The notes under the pieces were generated by a model that searched no databases, was not told where the DNA came from, and saw only the letters and a program-made list of their open reading frames with translations. A DNA stretch of 64,000 bases. Source: Stegostoma tigrinum (Eukaryota). The position numbers and the translations under genes are program-made. Positions 12,021-24,185 of the stretch are shown in pieces. Location: contig NC_081356.1 of assembly GCF_030684315.1 (NCBI RefSeq), forward strand, positions 40,821,197 to 40,885,196. Reading direction: 5' to 3'. Each line of letters begins with the position of its first letter. Position 1 is the stretch's first letter.

Positions 12021-13103
12021 TCATTTAGTGCTTCCCCTACCTCCTCTGACTCCACACACAACTTTCCCACTACTATCCTTGATTGGCCCTAATCTTACTC
12101 TCGTCATTCTTTTATTCCTTATATACCTATAGAAAGCCTTAGGGTTTACCCTGATCCTATCCGCCAACAACTTCTCATGTCTCCTCCTGGCTCTTCTGAG
12201 CTCTCTCTTTAGGTCTTTCCTGGCTACCTCGTAACCCTCAAGCGCCCCAACTGAACCTTCGCATCTCATCCTAACATAAGCCTTCTTCTTCCTCTTGACC
12301 AGAGATTCCACTTCCTTCGTAAACCACGGCTCCCGCGCTCTACAGCTTCCTCCCTGCCTGACAGGTACATACTTATCTAGGACATACAGGAGCTTTCCCT
12401 TGAATAAGCTCCACATTTCTAATGTGCCCATCCCCTGCAGTTTCCTTCCCCATCCTATGCTCCCTAAATCTTGCCTAATCTCATTGTAATTGCCTTTCCC
12501 CCAGCTATAAATCTTGCCCAGCGGTATACACCTATCCCTTTCCATCACTAAAGTAAACATAACAGAATTGTGATCGCTATCACCAAAGTGCTCACCTACT
12601 TCCAAATCTAACACCTGGCCGGGCTCATTACCCAGTACCAAATCTAATGTGACTTCACCCCTTGTTGGCCTGTCTACATACTGTGTCAGGAAGCCCGCGT
12701 GCACACACTGGGCAAAAAATGACCCATCTATTGTACTCGAACTATAGTGCTCCCAGTCAATATTTGGAAAGTTGAAGCTCCCCATGACAACTAACCTGTC
12801 TCTCTCACTCCTATTGAGAATCATCTTTGCTATCCTTTCCTCTACATATCTGGAACTATTTGGAGGCCTATAGAAAACTCCCAACAGGCTGACCTCTCCT
12901 TTCCTGTTTCTAATCTTAGTCCATACTATCTCAGTTGACAAGTCCCCACACATCCTTTCTGCAACTGTAATACTGTCCTTGACCAACAATGTCACACCTC
13001 CCCCGCTTTTACCATCTTCTCTGTTCTTACTGAAACATCTAAATCCCGGAACCTGCAACAACCAATCCCGTCCCTGCTCTATCCAGGTCTCCGAAATGGC
13101 CAC
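12021..13103 (-). CDS. CR1 ORF2 APE endonuclease portion (frameshifted downstream)
   Basis: 360-aa ORF-track product with APE motifs ISETW, YRPP, FNFPNIDW, LDLVL, SDH. Confidence 0.85.
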   Translation of the reverse strand: MAISETWIEQGRDWLLQVPGFRCFSKNREDGKSGGGVTLLVKDSITVAERMCGDLSTEIVWTKIRNRKGEVSLLGVFYRPPNSSRYVEERIAKMILNRSERDRLVVMGSFNFPNIDWEHYSSSTIDGSFFAQCVHAGFLTQYVDRPTRGEVTLDLVLGNEPGQVLDLEVGEHFGDSDHNSVMFTLVMERDRCIPLGKIYSWGKGNYNEIRQDLGSIGWGRKLQGMGTLEMWSLFKGKLLYVLDKYVPVRQGGSCRAREPWFTKEVESLVKRKKKAYVRMRCEGSVGALEGYEVARKDLKRELRRARRRHEKLLADRIRVNPKAFYRYIRNKRMTRVRLGPIKDSSGKVVCGVRGGRGSTK

Positions 13104-15156
13104 AACATCGAAGTCCTAGGTACCAACCCATGCTGCAAGTTCACCCACCTTATTCCGGATGCTCCTGGTGTTGAAGTAGAACACTTCAAACCAACTTCTT
13201 GCTTGCCGGTGCCATCTTGCACTCCTGAAACTTTATTTTGGCCCTCCCTACTCTCAGCCTTCTCTATACTTGAACTACAATTTTGGTTCCCATCCCCCTG
13301 CTGAATTAGTTTAAACCCACCCGAATAGCCTTAACGAATTCCCCCCCAGGATATCGGTACCCCTCTGCTTCAGGTGAAGACCATCCTGCTTGTAGAGGCC
13401 CCACCTACCCTAGAAAGAGCCCCAATTATCCAAGAATCCAAAACCCTCCCTCCTGCACCATCCCTGTAGCCAGGTGTTCAACTCCTCTCTATCTCTATTC
13501 CTTGCCTCACTAGCACGTGGCACGGGCAACAAACCAGAGACAACAACTCTGTTCGTCCTAGCTCTCAGCTTCCATCCTAGCTCCCTGAGTTTCTGCCTTA
13601 AATCCCCATCTCTCTTCCTACCTATGTCTTTGGTGCCTATGTGGACCACGACTTGGGGCTGCTCCCCCTTAAGGATCCCAAAAACACGATCAGAGACATC
13701 ACGCACCCTGGCACCTGGGGGGCAACACACCAACTGTGAGTCTCTCTCGTCCCCACAGAACCTCCGATCTGTCCCCCTAACTACGGAGTCCCCAATGACT
13801 ACTGCTCTGCTCCTCTTCCCCCTTCCCTTCTGAGCAGCAGGGACAGACTCTGTGCCAGAGACCTATGCCCCACTGCTTTCCCCTGGTATGTCGTCCCCCT
13901 CAACAGTATCCAAAACGGTTTACTTATTGTTGGGGGAAATGGCCACAGGGGATCCCTGCACTGCCTGCCGGTTCCCTTTCCGTCCCCTGACCATAACCCA
14001 TCTGCCTTCTTCTTGTACCTGAGGAGTGACTACCTTCCTGTAACTCCTCTCAATAACCCCCTCTGCCTCCCGAATGATCCGAAGTTCATCCAGCTCCAGC
14101 TCCAGTTCCAGTTCCCTAACGCGGTTTTTGAGGAGCTGGAGTTAGGTGCACCTCCCGCAGATGTAGTCAGCAGGGACACTAGTGGTGACCCTTACCTCCC
14201 ACATTCTGCAGGAGGAACATTCAACTGTCCTGACCTCCATTCCCATTATTCTAAATTCCCAAAGAGACTGTTGAAAAATAAAGAATAAAAAATAAACTAG
14301 TTACCTTACCAATCCGACACCCAGAACCCTTTTTTTTGTTTAGAGGAGGAGGATGGGTGGGAGACAGTACCCGAGTAGTATTTCAGGTAACACAACCACA
14401 CAAATATATTACCTCACTTACTCAGCAGTCCCGTGTCCGCTCCTGCTCAGCGTACGCTCTGCCTATTCACGAGGTAAGCTTTTTAAAGTTTTAAAATCTC
14501 TGACTCACCAGCTTCCCGACAGGCCCCTGGCCCAAGCTCCCGCTCGCACTGCTGCTGCAAGCATCTTGGTCGTTCATGGTATTTGAGGAGAAATTGACTT
14601 AAAATTGAATCAACTGTTGATAGTTTTTGTGACCATTCATTTGGACAAAAGGTATATTTGTGTTCTGAGGAAGGGTCACTGAACCCGAAACATTAGCTCT
14701 GTTTTCTCCTTCACCGATGCTACTAGACTTCCTGGGCTTTTCCAGCAACTTTGTTTTTGTTCCCAATTTACAGCGTCTACAGTTCTTTCGGTTTTTATTC
14801 TGTTTTTATTAAGTATATTTACATTGCATTGTAAACAAATTTAAAATCCAAAATAATTGAACAGAACAATACAGTAAACTTTGCAACATTTGACGCATAC
14901 AATTATTGCTGATTTGTCGAGACTGCTGGTTCATAAGATGCCGGTTAAAACATCGATTAGTGCATATGTTATCCAGGCCTTTTTGTACAGGGGACGATGT
15001 CAAACTTTATAGACACCACAATTCTTAGAGAATCTTGGAGGATGACGATGAGTAGGAGTAGGGAGACCTGAATATACATGTCCATAAATCATTAAAGGCA
15101 ACAGGACAGGTAGAGAGAACTGCTAATATAGGATACAGTATTTTGGGCTTCATAAC

Positions 15157-15526
15157 GGGAGCAGCACAGTGGCACACTGGTTAGCGCTGCTGCCTCATAG
15201 CACCAGGGACATGAGTTGATTCCAGCCTTGGTGACTGTGTAAAGTTTACACATTCTCCCTGTGTCAGTGTATGTTTCTGCTGGATGCTCTGATTTCCTCT
15301 CACAGTCCAAAGATGTGTAGGTTAGGTGGATTGGTCATGATAAATTGCCTCGTAGTGTCCAGGGATATGTAGGCTATATGAATTAGCCATAGCAATTGTG
15401 GAATAACAGGGAGAGGGTCGGTGGGGGTGGGGGGGTTGGGGGGTGGTCTGGGTGGGATGCTATTTGGAGGGTTGGCACAAACTCCATTGGCCAAATGGCC
15501 TCTTTCTGAACTGTAGTGAGTCTGTG
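15157..15526 (+). mobile_element. HE1-like tRNA-derived elasmobranch SINE
   Basis: tRNA-like head (GCACAGTGGCACACTGGTTAGCGCTGCTGCC), conserved core (CACATTCTCCCTGTGTC...CAGTCCAAAGATGTG.AGGTTAGGTGGATTGG) and CR1-type tail. Confidence 0.75.
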
Positions 15527-16422
15527 GATCGAGGCATAGAGCGCAGCAAGGGAAGGTTATGGGTAACTTATCTAAGACACTAGTTCGACCTCAGCTGAAC
15601 TATTGTGTACAGTTCTGAGTGCCACACTATAGGAAGACAGTGAATGTATCTGAGGGAGAGCTAAAGTGGTTTACTAAGATGGTCCCAGGGATGAGATACT
15701 AAGCTAAAGTGCTTAGAGAACCAATTGAAATGAACTGAATGGCCTCATTCTGCACTGTAACAATTCTGTGATTCTGTGGATGCAATAGGCATGGCAAGGT
15801 TCTTCCCTGTCATCACAAAGGAGATGAATGTAGGCACTCTAGTTATCAAGGAGAAATGCGAAACATTAGTTAAATAAGTACAATGAGAAGGGGCTTCAGG
15901 GACTGACCTTTTTAAAGGTGGATGTAACAATAAGCCAAATTAATTGTATCATAGGCTATTAAAGGAATCCAGGGAAAAAAAGTGAATTATCTGAGGATCA
16001 TCTTCCAATTCACATTAGACATAGGAGAGGTACCCAAAGAATGGAAATCTGTGAACATTGTTCAAAATGAATGCAATGGCTAGGCCAAATAATTATCGGT
16101 GGCCAGTCTGACCTCAGTGGTGGGCAAGTTACCAGAATCAATGTTGAGAGACAGGATTAATTATTACTTGGAAAGGCACAGATTGATCAGGGATGGCTAG
16201 CATGGTTTTGTTACAGGACTATTGTGTCTTAATAACATAATTGAATTGTTTGAGGAGGTGATGGTAAGGATTGTGCAGTGGATGTAGCTTACATGGATTT
16301 TAATAATGCATTTGACAAGGTACCACATGGCAGACTGGTCAAAAAGTTAAAGCCCTAAGGATATTGGGGAATGTGGTGAGTTGGATCCAAAATTGATTCA
16401 GGAACAGAAATCAAAGGTTAAT

Positions 16423-16668
16423 AAGGAGTAGAGCTGGATGAACACAGCAGGCCAGGCAGCATCAGAGGAGCAGGAAAACTGACATTTTAGTTCTGGCTCC
16501 TTCTTCAGACATGTCTGGACCCTTCTTCAGAAATGGCATGTCTGAAGAAGGAGCCAGAACTAAAACGTCAGCTTTTCTGCTCCTCTGATGCTGCCTGGCC
16601 TGCTGTGTTCATCCAGCTCCACACTTTGTTATCTCAGACTCCAGCATTGGCAGTTCCTGCTATCTCTG
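16423..16668. mobile_element. Fold-back Penelope terminal fragment
   Basis: Inverted arms around ~16513-16537; 17-bp TSD AGAAATCAAA(G/T)GTTAAT (16406-16422, 16669-16685). Confidence 0.85.
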
Positions 16669-18012
16669 AGAAATCAAATGTTAATCATCAATGGATGTTT
16701 TTTGTGAATGGAAAGCAGTTTCCAGTGGTATTTTACAAGCCTTAGTTCTTCACTGTTTCTAATATACATTAATGATTTAGACTTAAATGCAAGAAGCATG
16801 ATTGGAATATTTGCAGATGACAGAAAAATTGGCAGTATAGTTGATAGTGAAGAAGGTGGCAGAATGATGTCAATTTATTTAAGTGGAAATGTAGCTAATG
16901 GAATTCAATTCAGAGAAGTGCAAGGAAATGCATTTGGGGAGGATAAACAATGCGGGAATACTTAATAAATAGGAGGATACTGAATGGGTTGCAGGAAATA
17001 CAGAACTTGGCATACGTACCCACAGGTCCCTGAAGTTGGCAGGAAAGGTAGATAAGGTGGTAAAGAAAGTATATGGGATGTATATGTGATGATTTCCTCT
17101 TTTGGGTGAGGAATTGAATACCAAATCAAGGAAGTAACATTGGAAGTCTAGAAAAGATAGGTTAGGCCACAGCTGCATTTTGTGTATTTTTCCAGTTACT
17201 ACATTACAGGGAGGGCATATTTATTCAAAAGGCAGCACCGAGGAGATTTAGAAGAATATTCCCAGAGCTTGAAAATTGCACTTACAAAGGAAAGCTCAGA
17301 CAGATTTTTTTTTCTGAAGAAGGGTCTCGACCCGAAACGTCAACTTTCCTGCTCCTCTGATGCTGCTTGGCCTGCTGTGTTCATCCAGCTTCACACTGCC
17401 TTTTCTCAGATTCTCCTGCATCAGCAGTTCCTACTATCTCTTAGACAGACTAGGATTATTTTCCTTAGAAGAGGAGGCTGAGAGATGTGCAAAATAATGA
17501 GACGCTTAGAATCATAGATTCACTAAAGTGCAGAAAGAGGCCATTCGGCTTATTGAGTCTGCACCAATGCTCCGAGAACATCACACCCAGGCCCAGTCCC
17601 CCACCCTGTCCCATACCCACCTAGCCTGCACATTCCTACACATTAAGGGGTAATTTAACTTGGGGATATTTTTCCTCACAAAAGATCTGTTTCCCCTAGC
17701 AGTGAAGTAAGTTACCAGGAGGCACAGATTCAAGGTGATTGCTGGGAGGATTACAGAGGGCATGAAGAAAAGCGGTTTCACTCAGCAGATGGCAATTATA
17801 TGGAACTTGATGGGTGGTTTGATGGTTGAGGTAGAAGTCTTGAACCTATTTAAAAGGAACCTAGATGAGCATCTGCAATATCTTTTCATCCATTAACCAC
17901 CATCAATAAATCACACATGTTTTCCAACTGATTAATTTATATCCAAAACCTGTTAGGGGTATGCAGACCTCAAAGTTGAGGGAGAGGTAGTGAGAGAGGG
18001 AGGGGACTAGAT

Positions 18013-18290
18013 TTAAATGGAGCTGGAAGTTGAGATAAAAACTTCAGCCTCAACAGTGCTCACATTTCTCGAAAGACAAAAAGTGTATTGGTGTACATAT
18101 TGAGCTCCTTCTCCAGAGACTTGAATGTAGCCACGGAAGAAGGGCAGACAGTCAACCGTTACGAGCCCCTCCACTCCACGCTGCCTGGATCTGTTAATGG
18201 CCAAATTGGCGAAGCCCTGGAGCAATTTGACAAGCAGAACCACAGCTCTCCACACTGTTACCCTAAGATCTGGATGATCGGCTGAAGTTC
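18013..18290 (-). pseudogene. Tx1/L1-clade LINE ORF2 C-terminal fragment
   Basis: LLVKLLQGFANLAINRSRQRGVEGLVTVDCLPFFRGYI resembles the C-terminus of fish Tx1-like ORF2 (LLLGLAKLAIxRSR...DCLPLFRGY); recognised from memory. Confidence 0.5.
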
Positions 18291-18391
18291 AATCAGAAGT
18301 ACAACTAAAGGTTTTTCAAATAATAAAAAGGGCCCACATGCAATATATTCATGGGTCACGGACTCCACAGCACTGTAAACTAATTTTTTTT

Positions 18392-18520
18392 CTGAGGAAG
18401 GGTCTTGACCCGAAACGGCAGATTTCCCACTCCTCTGATGTTGCTTGGCCCGCTCTGTTCATTCAGTTCTACACCATGTTATCTCAGACTCTCCAGCATC
18501 GGCAGTTCCTACTATCTCTG
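18392..18520 (+). mobile_element. Penelope terminal fragment
   Basis: CTGAGGAAGGGTCTTGACCCGAAAC...CAGCATCGGCAGTTCCTACTATCTC. Confidence 0.7.
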
Positions 18521-19175
18521 TAACAAAATAAACAGCTATAGTGTTGCAATCTGCAAGACATGGACCAGATGCTGGAAAGTGGGATGAGAAAGAATGATTG
18601 AGCTGGTACAGACATGATGGACTGAATGGCCTCTTTCTGTTCCGTAATTTTTCTCATATTCTCTGAGAAGGAAACAATTGATTTCTAGGGCTGCTGGTCT
18701 CAGTCAGAGTATATATTCAGCAAAGTAGTTTGCTTCTTTAAAAGCCAACTCACATGATGTGCCCTTCAGGCTCCTTTGCATTCTGGCAGTATCCCCCACT
18801 GACCTGTGAGTTAACCAGCTCAAGTATTATCAATATGAAGAGCTCATTCACATTGTATTAATAAAAATAATCCTGGAAATATGCATTGGGTCAATGCATT
18901 AAAATGTTCCCCACACAGTCTGATGAGTGTTTGAAAATTTGACATTATTTTCTCTGTGATACACATGAGCAAAACATCCACCATAAAAAAAAGCAACTGT
19001 CAGATGATTGATAAATGCATTGAAATAACCTCAAGACACCAAATTTATTGTATTTCAGAATTTGGCTGGAACCTTATTAGCAAGGTGGTGAAGCAGAATA
19101 TTGGAAATGTTATAGACTGATAAGGTAAGGATGTGTGTTAGTCTAATTTTAACCCAACAATTTCCAACACAGTGA

Positions 19176-19290
19176 GGGCACTTGTGGTGCAGTAATGGTG
19201 TCCCTACCTCTGAGCCAAAAGACATACGTTTGAATTCCACCTGCTCCAGAGGTGTGTCATAGTATCTCTGAACAGGTTGTTAAAAATATC
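19176..19290 (+). mobile_element. tRNA-derived SINE head fragment
   Basis: GGGCACTTGTGGTGCAGTAATGGTGTCCCTACCTCTGAGCCA...GTTTGAATTCC: decayed A-box/B-box-like layout. Confidence 0.45.
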
Positions 19291-22200
19291 TCAAAAATAT
19301 TTCACATGCCTATAATTTCACTGTGCCATTATGTGGAGATTATTATGTGAAGGACTGTTGAGACTTCAGATCAAGAAAATGAAAAAGATAAGTCAATACA
19401 CACAAACAGCAAATGTTTTAGAAGTTGAAATGCCTCAGTGAATGTTAGGACACAAACTTCAGGCAGAAGAGACTGGGGGATTGCTATGAGTGACCAGCAT
19501 GATATAGTGAAATCCAAACTGCTGCTCTTCCAAGACAGGAAATGAGAAATTCTACCCTTTTGAACATGTGGGACTTGAACCTGGGCCTTCCTTACAGGGA
19601 AGTGCACACCAGCCTAATTCTTCCAATATGGGGAACAATGAACAAATCAAGTTAAGCTGCTGATGTGTGTTAGGAACATTATTGTACTTACACAGGATGT
19701 TAACACTTCCAATGGTGTTTCCACCCACTTGTACAGCCCCATGTTCAAATGGACAAAACCATGCAGTTGGCACTGTTTGCTCTCTTGCTGCACTGATTTC
19801 AAAAGGTTTAAACAGGGTGTCACACGCTCCTACATTGGCAGATACTCAGATATATCTAGTACCCCTTAGGCCCCAACCCAATTTAGCCCCTCCAGTTACA
19901 GGTCAGCTGTACCCACCCAGCTTGATTTCAAACACTACTCATTATCTCATTGATTCAAGACAGTCATCCCTCAACCCACTCAACATGACTAAAAATGTTT
20001 CAGATCCTGATAGAGCACAACATACTCTAAGCCACCCCAACACCACCCTTGGCACAGCTTAGACCTTGATAGAGCTCAGTAGCAGTCCCAAGTCAGTGCA
20101 GCAACCCCTTTGATGTGGCTCAGGTGGCTCTACTTTCACCACTACAGATCAATTCTTCTTTCTCCCTCCCAAAAATGTTCACAACACACTGCCCCCCGTC
20201 TTGATGATGCTAATAACCTAATAACAGATCTTCAAGGACATTTTCAATTGATGACAAGAAAAGGGCAGTGGATTTGTTTTAATTGAGCTTTCTTCACCTC
20301 TTACTGTCCTCCTCTGCTTCTCACTGAATTAAATCTGAATGTGGGCCCAGAAAGTGCAAAGATTCCAGTATGAAAAGCTAAGTGGGCAGTTTGAATCACA
20401 ATCTACGATATGAGCTTCCATTCAACAATGTACCTTGTCAGAGTTGATGATTCATAACTTGGCTTGTTTTCGGGCACATTTTCTCATCTTGGGCATGCGC
20501 TGGTGCATCTGTTGAGCACTCAGCATGATATTTCCCATAGTTTTTCTTTAAATAGTTAATGAAACAAAGGTTTCAGAACAGAGACACAACAGAACCAGAT
20601 GAGAAGTCCACAACATTGTGAAGATCTATTGGCTGTCAATACATCTGAAGATAAACAAAAAAAAGAAAAAAATATCAGAGGCAGGCCTGTGTGGCATTTA
20701 TCGCTTTAGATATTATGCCAAGTAAGACTGGTTTAACTAAATCAACTGTCTTCTTTGGAGAATGTTAATTCCATCCCAGTTGATCCTACGATGCCACCAA
20801 CAGAAAGACATCATTATAATCTAAAGAAATTCAGTAGATTTAGTGTTCTATGTGACTAATACCTTCTGTGGCACTGTGTTCAATGCATATAATGTACACA
20901 TTGAAAGTTACGAGGACAGTCATTCATTGCAGAAGGATGCAGACTCAATGAAAAGTGAAGAAAAATTATAAAATGACATTGTTCCAACAAACTTTTAAAA
21001 GAGAAAAATCTTCAGAATAAATTGCGAGTCTTTACTAGTAAAGTAAAGACAGACACTTGGGGGTTCAATCTCACAATGGTAGCTGTTAGAATTTTAAATC
21101 TAAATAATATACTCTGCAAGTGAGAGCTTATCTCAATAACGGTGACTATGCAATGATCATTGATTGCTACAAACAAATGTCTTTTAGGGGAGGAAATCTG
21201 GAATATGATGCAACTCCAGATCCATAGCAATGGGGTTGACTCCTAGCAGCCTCCTAAAATTCCTGAGCAAGCCTTTCAGTTCAATGGTAATTAGGGATGA
21301 GCAATAAATGTTGGCCCCGTCAGCGATGTCCACATCTAATGGAAGAGTAAATAATGTGTGCACAAAGAAATTATTAAGGATCAAAGATGATGTTCACGCC
21401 ATAATGTTATCATGTACAAAATGTGGGAAGTTTTTAATTTGACCAAGGCTGGCAATAAAGATTCCTTCCTCAGCTTGTTCCTTAAACATCCCAAGTCCAT
21501 GTAGCGGACTGGTAATTAAATCTGTATGAAAAGCTTGTTCAACAAAGTTCACCATGACTTAATACCAATAATAATAGACATATCAGAACACAGCTTTTGC
21601 AGTGGTGTCCTTCTCCATTGAAATGACTGGATTCACACCTGACCCAGAGGATACTGTGCCAAGGGATAGAAAGATATGAGGGTGAACCCTGACCTGAAAC
21701 TGACAAGCATTAGAGAAGGGAATTTCTTAATGATCTAGCGACAGCATGTGAGTGGGATTTGGATAATAAATTCAGGATCTTAACCCAGCATGCCAACAGG
21801 CCTTGGAGGAACTGAAAGTGGTGAAGTGGCAGGGAACAACAGGGCATTTGACTGGGAATGAGGTAAGTCATCACCTATTCACCATACTCAAAGGACATGT
21901 AAAAACCCATCATTCAGATCCCTCAGGGCAAAATCCAGCAGACAGTTGTGGCAGGTATCCAAGGTGTATTTCAATGACAGCTGCAAAGATATTGACATCA
22001 ATTGAAGAAGAACAAAGTTCATTAATGCAAGTGATGAGTTGAATGAAACAGTTGGGAATATTTTGAAATATATCACACTGGTATAAAACCTGAAGAAGGG
22101 TCTAGGCCCGAAACATCAGCCTTCCTGCTCCTCTGATGCTGCTTGGCCTGCTGTGTTCATCCAGCTCTACACATTGTTATCTCACAGTGACTAATGCCTA

Positions 22201-22572
22201 CACAGGCACACAGGGATTATAACATAGATGCAACTCCCAGCGTTGCATCAGTTTGGTTTGATTACTGTGTCTTGTTTATGCTTGACAATCCTCAACTGGA
22301 TTATCACCATGGGATTTTTCTGTTTTTATACAAAATTTTGTATGTATCTAAGACTTATAACTCTGAACCAGTTATTATTCTTATTATTATTAGGATTCTT
22401 TTTGTACGCATAGTCATATCACTTATCAGATATATGATGATAGTTTTGACTAAGGTACATAATAGCCTTCACCTTAAAACAGTAGCCTCCACTGACAATG
22501 GCAAAAGCCAACTTTTACAATTAGGTTTGAACTTCATTCACAGAAGACACTTTTCAATTAAAATGGGGGAAA

Positions 22573-23456
22573 TATAGCAGCCTCCTGGCTGCTGAAACAC
22601 AGATAGATGGGAAACTGTGTCAAACATCAAGGGATGCTGGGTATGATGGCCAAGTAAACCTCTGAAAACACAAAACCCAGATACAAACAGCAACTAGGTG
22701 CTAAAGATGTTACCATAGCGTAAAGGACTTGTCTGGTCGACAGTCATCCTGGATAGACATAGCTCATCAACTAAACAAAGAAGGGCTGCATGGTGGGATC
22801 TGAAAGTCAGACACTCAAACCTAAGACAATGGAACAAATATTAAGAGGATAATTGTAGATTAACAAAGCCTTCCAGACAAACTATCAGTAAGCATTAAGC
22901 AGGTTCGCCTAATTCCTAAAGCTATAGAAACATGCAAGACCAAGGCAAAAAGATATCAACATAGAACTTACCTGTAGACGAAGCAGAAAACCTTCCAAGG
23001 AGACTGGCATGGCAAACGGCAGAGGTCCACCAAGTGTCTGGAGAGAGAGATGAGAGAGCAACATCCACGTAGTCCCAGAGTGTAACAAAGACAGGAGAGC
23101 ACAATTGCACAAAACAAGAGACTCAGGAAGGATAGTAAACTTAATGGGCTAGATAGGATTAGAGGTAGTATTGTTTAGTATTGAAATCAATTGTAACTGG
23201 TTTCCAAATAAAGTTGATAATAAAATGTGAGGCTGGATGAACACAGCAGGCCAAGCAGCATCTCAGGAGCACAAAAGCTGACGTTTCGGGCCTAGACCCT
23301 TCATCAGAGCTTCATCATTATCTTGGGATCTCCAGCATCTGCAGTTCCCATTATCTCCAAATAAAGTTGAGATGGTTTTGCATCGTACCAATTTGTGCTC
23401 GTAGTGATTTGACTGCAATCATATTGCGGGAGACCTGGGCAATTAAATACACAACA
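22573..23456 (+). repeat. Array LTR 1 (contains Penelope fragment 23218-23355)
   Basis: Follows PPT AAAATGGGGGAAA; starts TATAGCAGCC (consensus TGTAGCAGCC); AATAAA; ends ...ACACAACA. Insert has 15-bp TSD TCCAAATAAAGTTGA. Confidence 0.8.
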
Positions 23457-24185
23457 TTCTGCTTAGAGTTGTTTAACTTGTTCAATGAGACATGTGCAGC
23501 CTCCTATATAACTGAAGAGGTACACGACAACACATGATTCAAGCACCAACAGGAAGCAATGTGTGGAATGTTATCCTTCAGACAATACCATATAATAATG
23601 GGCATATCTGGGATCCGCTACTGGACTGGTATCTTTTGCCTTTGAAACAGCTCTACTTACACCTGACCCAGAGGATAACGGAGAAAGGGACAGTAAGGTA
23701 CGAGGGTGAATCACGACTTGCAAGTGAAAAACACAACAGAACAGAATTCCTGTTTGATCAAGCAACAGTGCATGGGGAGGAGTGTTGACAGTTAATTGCC
23801 TTGATTTGGCCAATCTGGATAATAAACTCACAATCTTAATCTGACAAGTCAGAAAGACTTTGGCAGAACTGAATGATGACAGTGGCAGGTGACAACAGCA
23901 TAATAGATGAGGAACCAAGCTAGCCACCATTTCGTGATCACACCCAAAAATGCATCAACCAGATCTCTCTGGGCAAAACCATTGATTAGAGAAGGCAACA
24001 AATTCGCAACCTACGTAGTATGGAGGAATCCGAATGGTTGAGCATGCAAAAATCTGTCAATCAAATCTCTCAGTGCAAAATCATAAATGACAGCGGGCAA
24101 CAAAATCGCACTCTGTGTAGTATCTATGGAAACTGGATAGTTGAGCAACTGAGGGAGGATCTCAAATGAGCTAGATAGGGGCCAG

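Larger units (their letters stand above)
10342..14558 (-). mobile_element. Near-full-length CR1-clade LINE (ORF1 + ORF2)
   Basis: ORF1 from ATG at 14246 (MGMEVRTVECSSCRMW...YICGRC zinc finger; SGNH-like PGARVRDV...VHIGT). ORF2 APE (ISETW, GVFYRPP, LDLVL, SDHNSV) and RT (DWRIANVVPLFKK, NYRPVSL, MEFNTDKCEVMH, PHLEYCVQFWSP, ERRRLRGDLI). TTCTATG-type 3' tail at ~10342. A few frameshifts and stops. Confidence 0.95.
15010..17885 (+). mobile_element. Patchwork of old degraded CR1 RT/3' fragments with nested SINE and Penelope fragments
   Basis: Remnants LFLIYINDLD, IFADDRKIG, AFDKVPH, nucleotide-level MEFN/KC region; nested inserts at 15157-15526, 16423-16668, 17314-17440 and ~17510-17665. Confidence 0.65.

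Noticed and set aside
15157-15230. tRNA gene-like sequence (also at 44200-44277 and 19176-19245)
   Set aside because: These are SINE heads continuing into SINE body; no complete cloverleaf.
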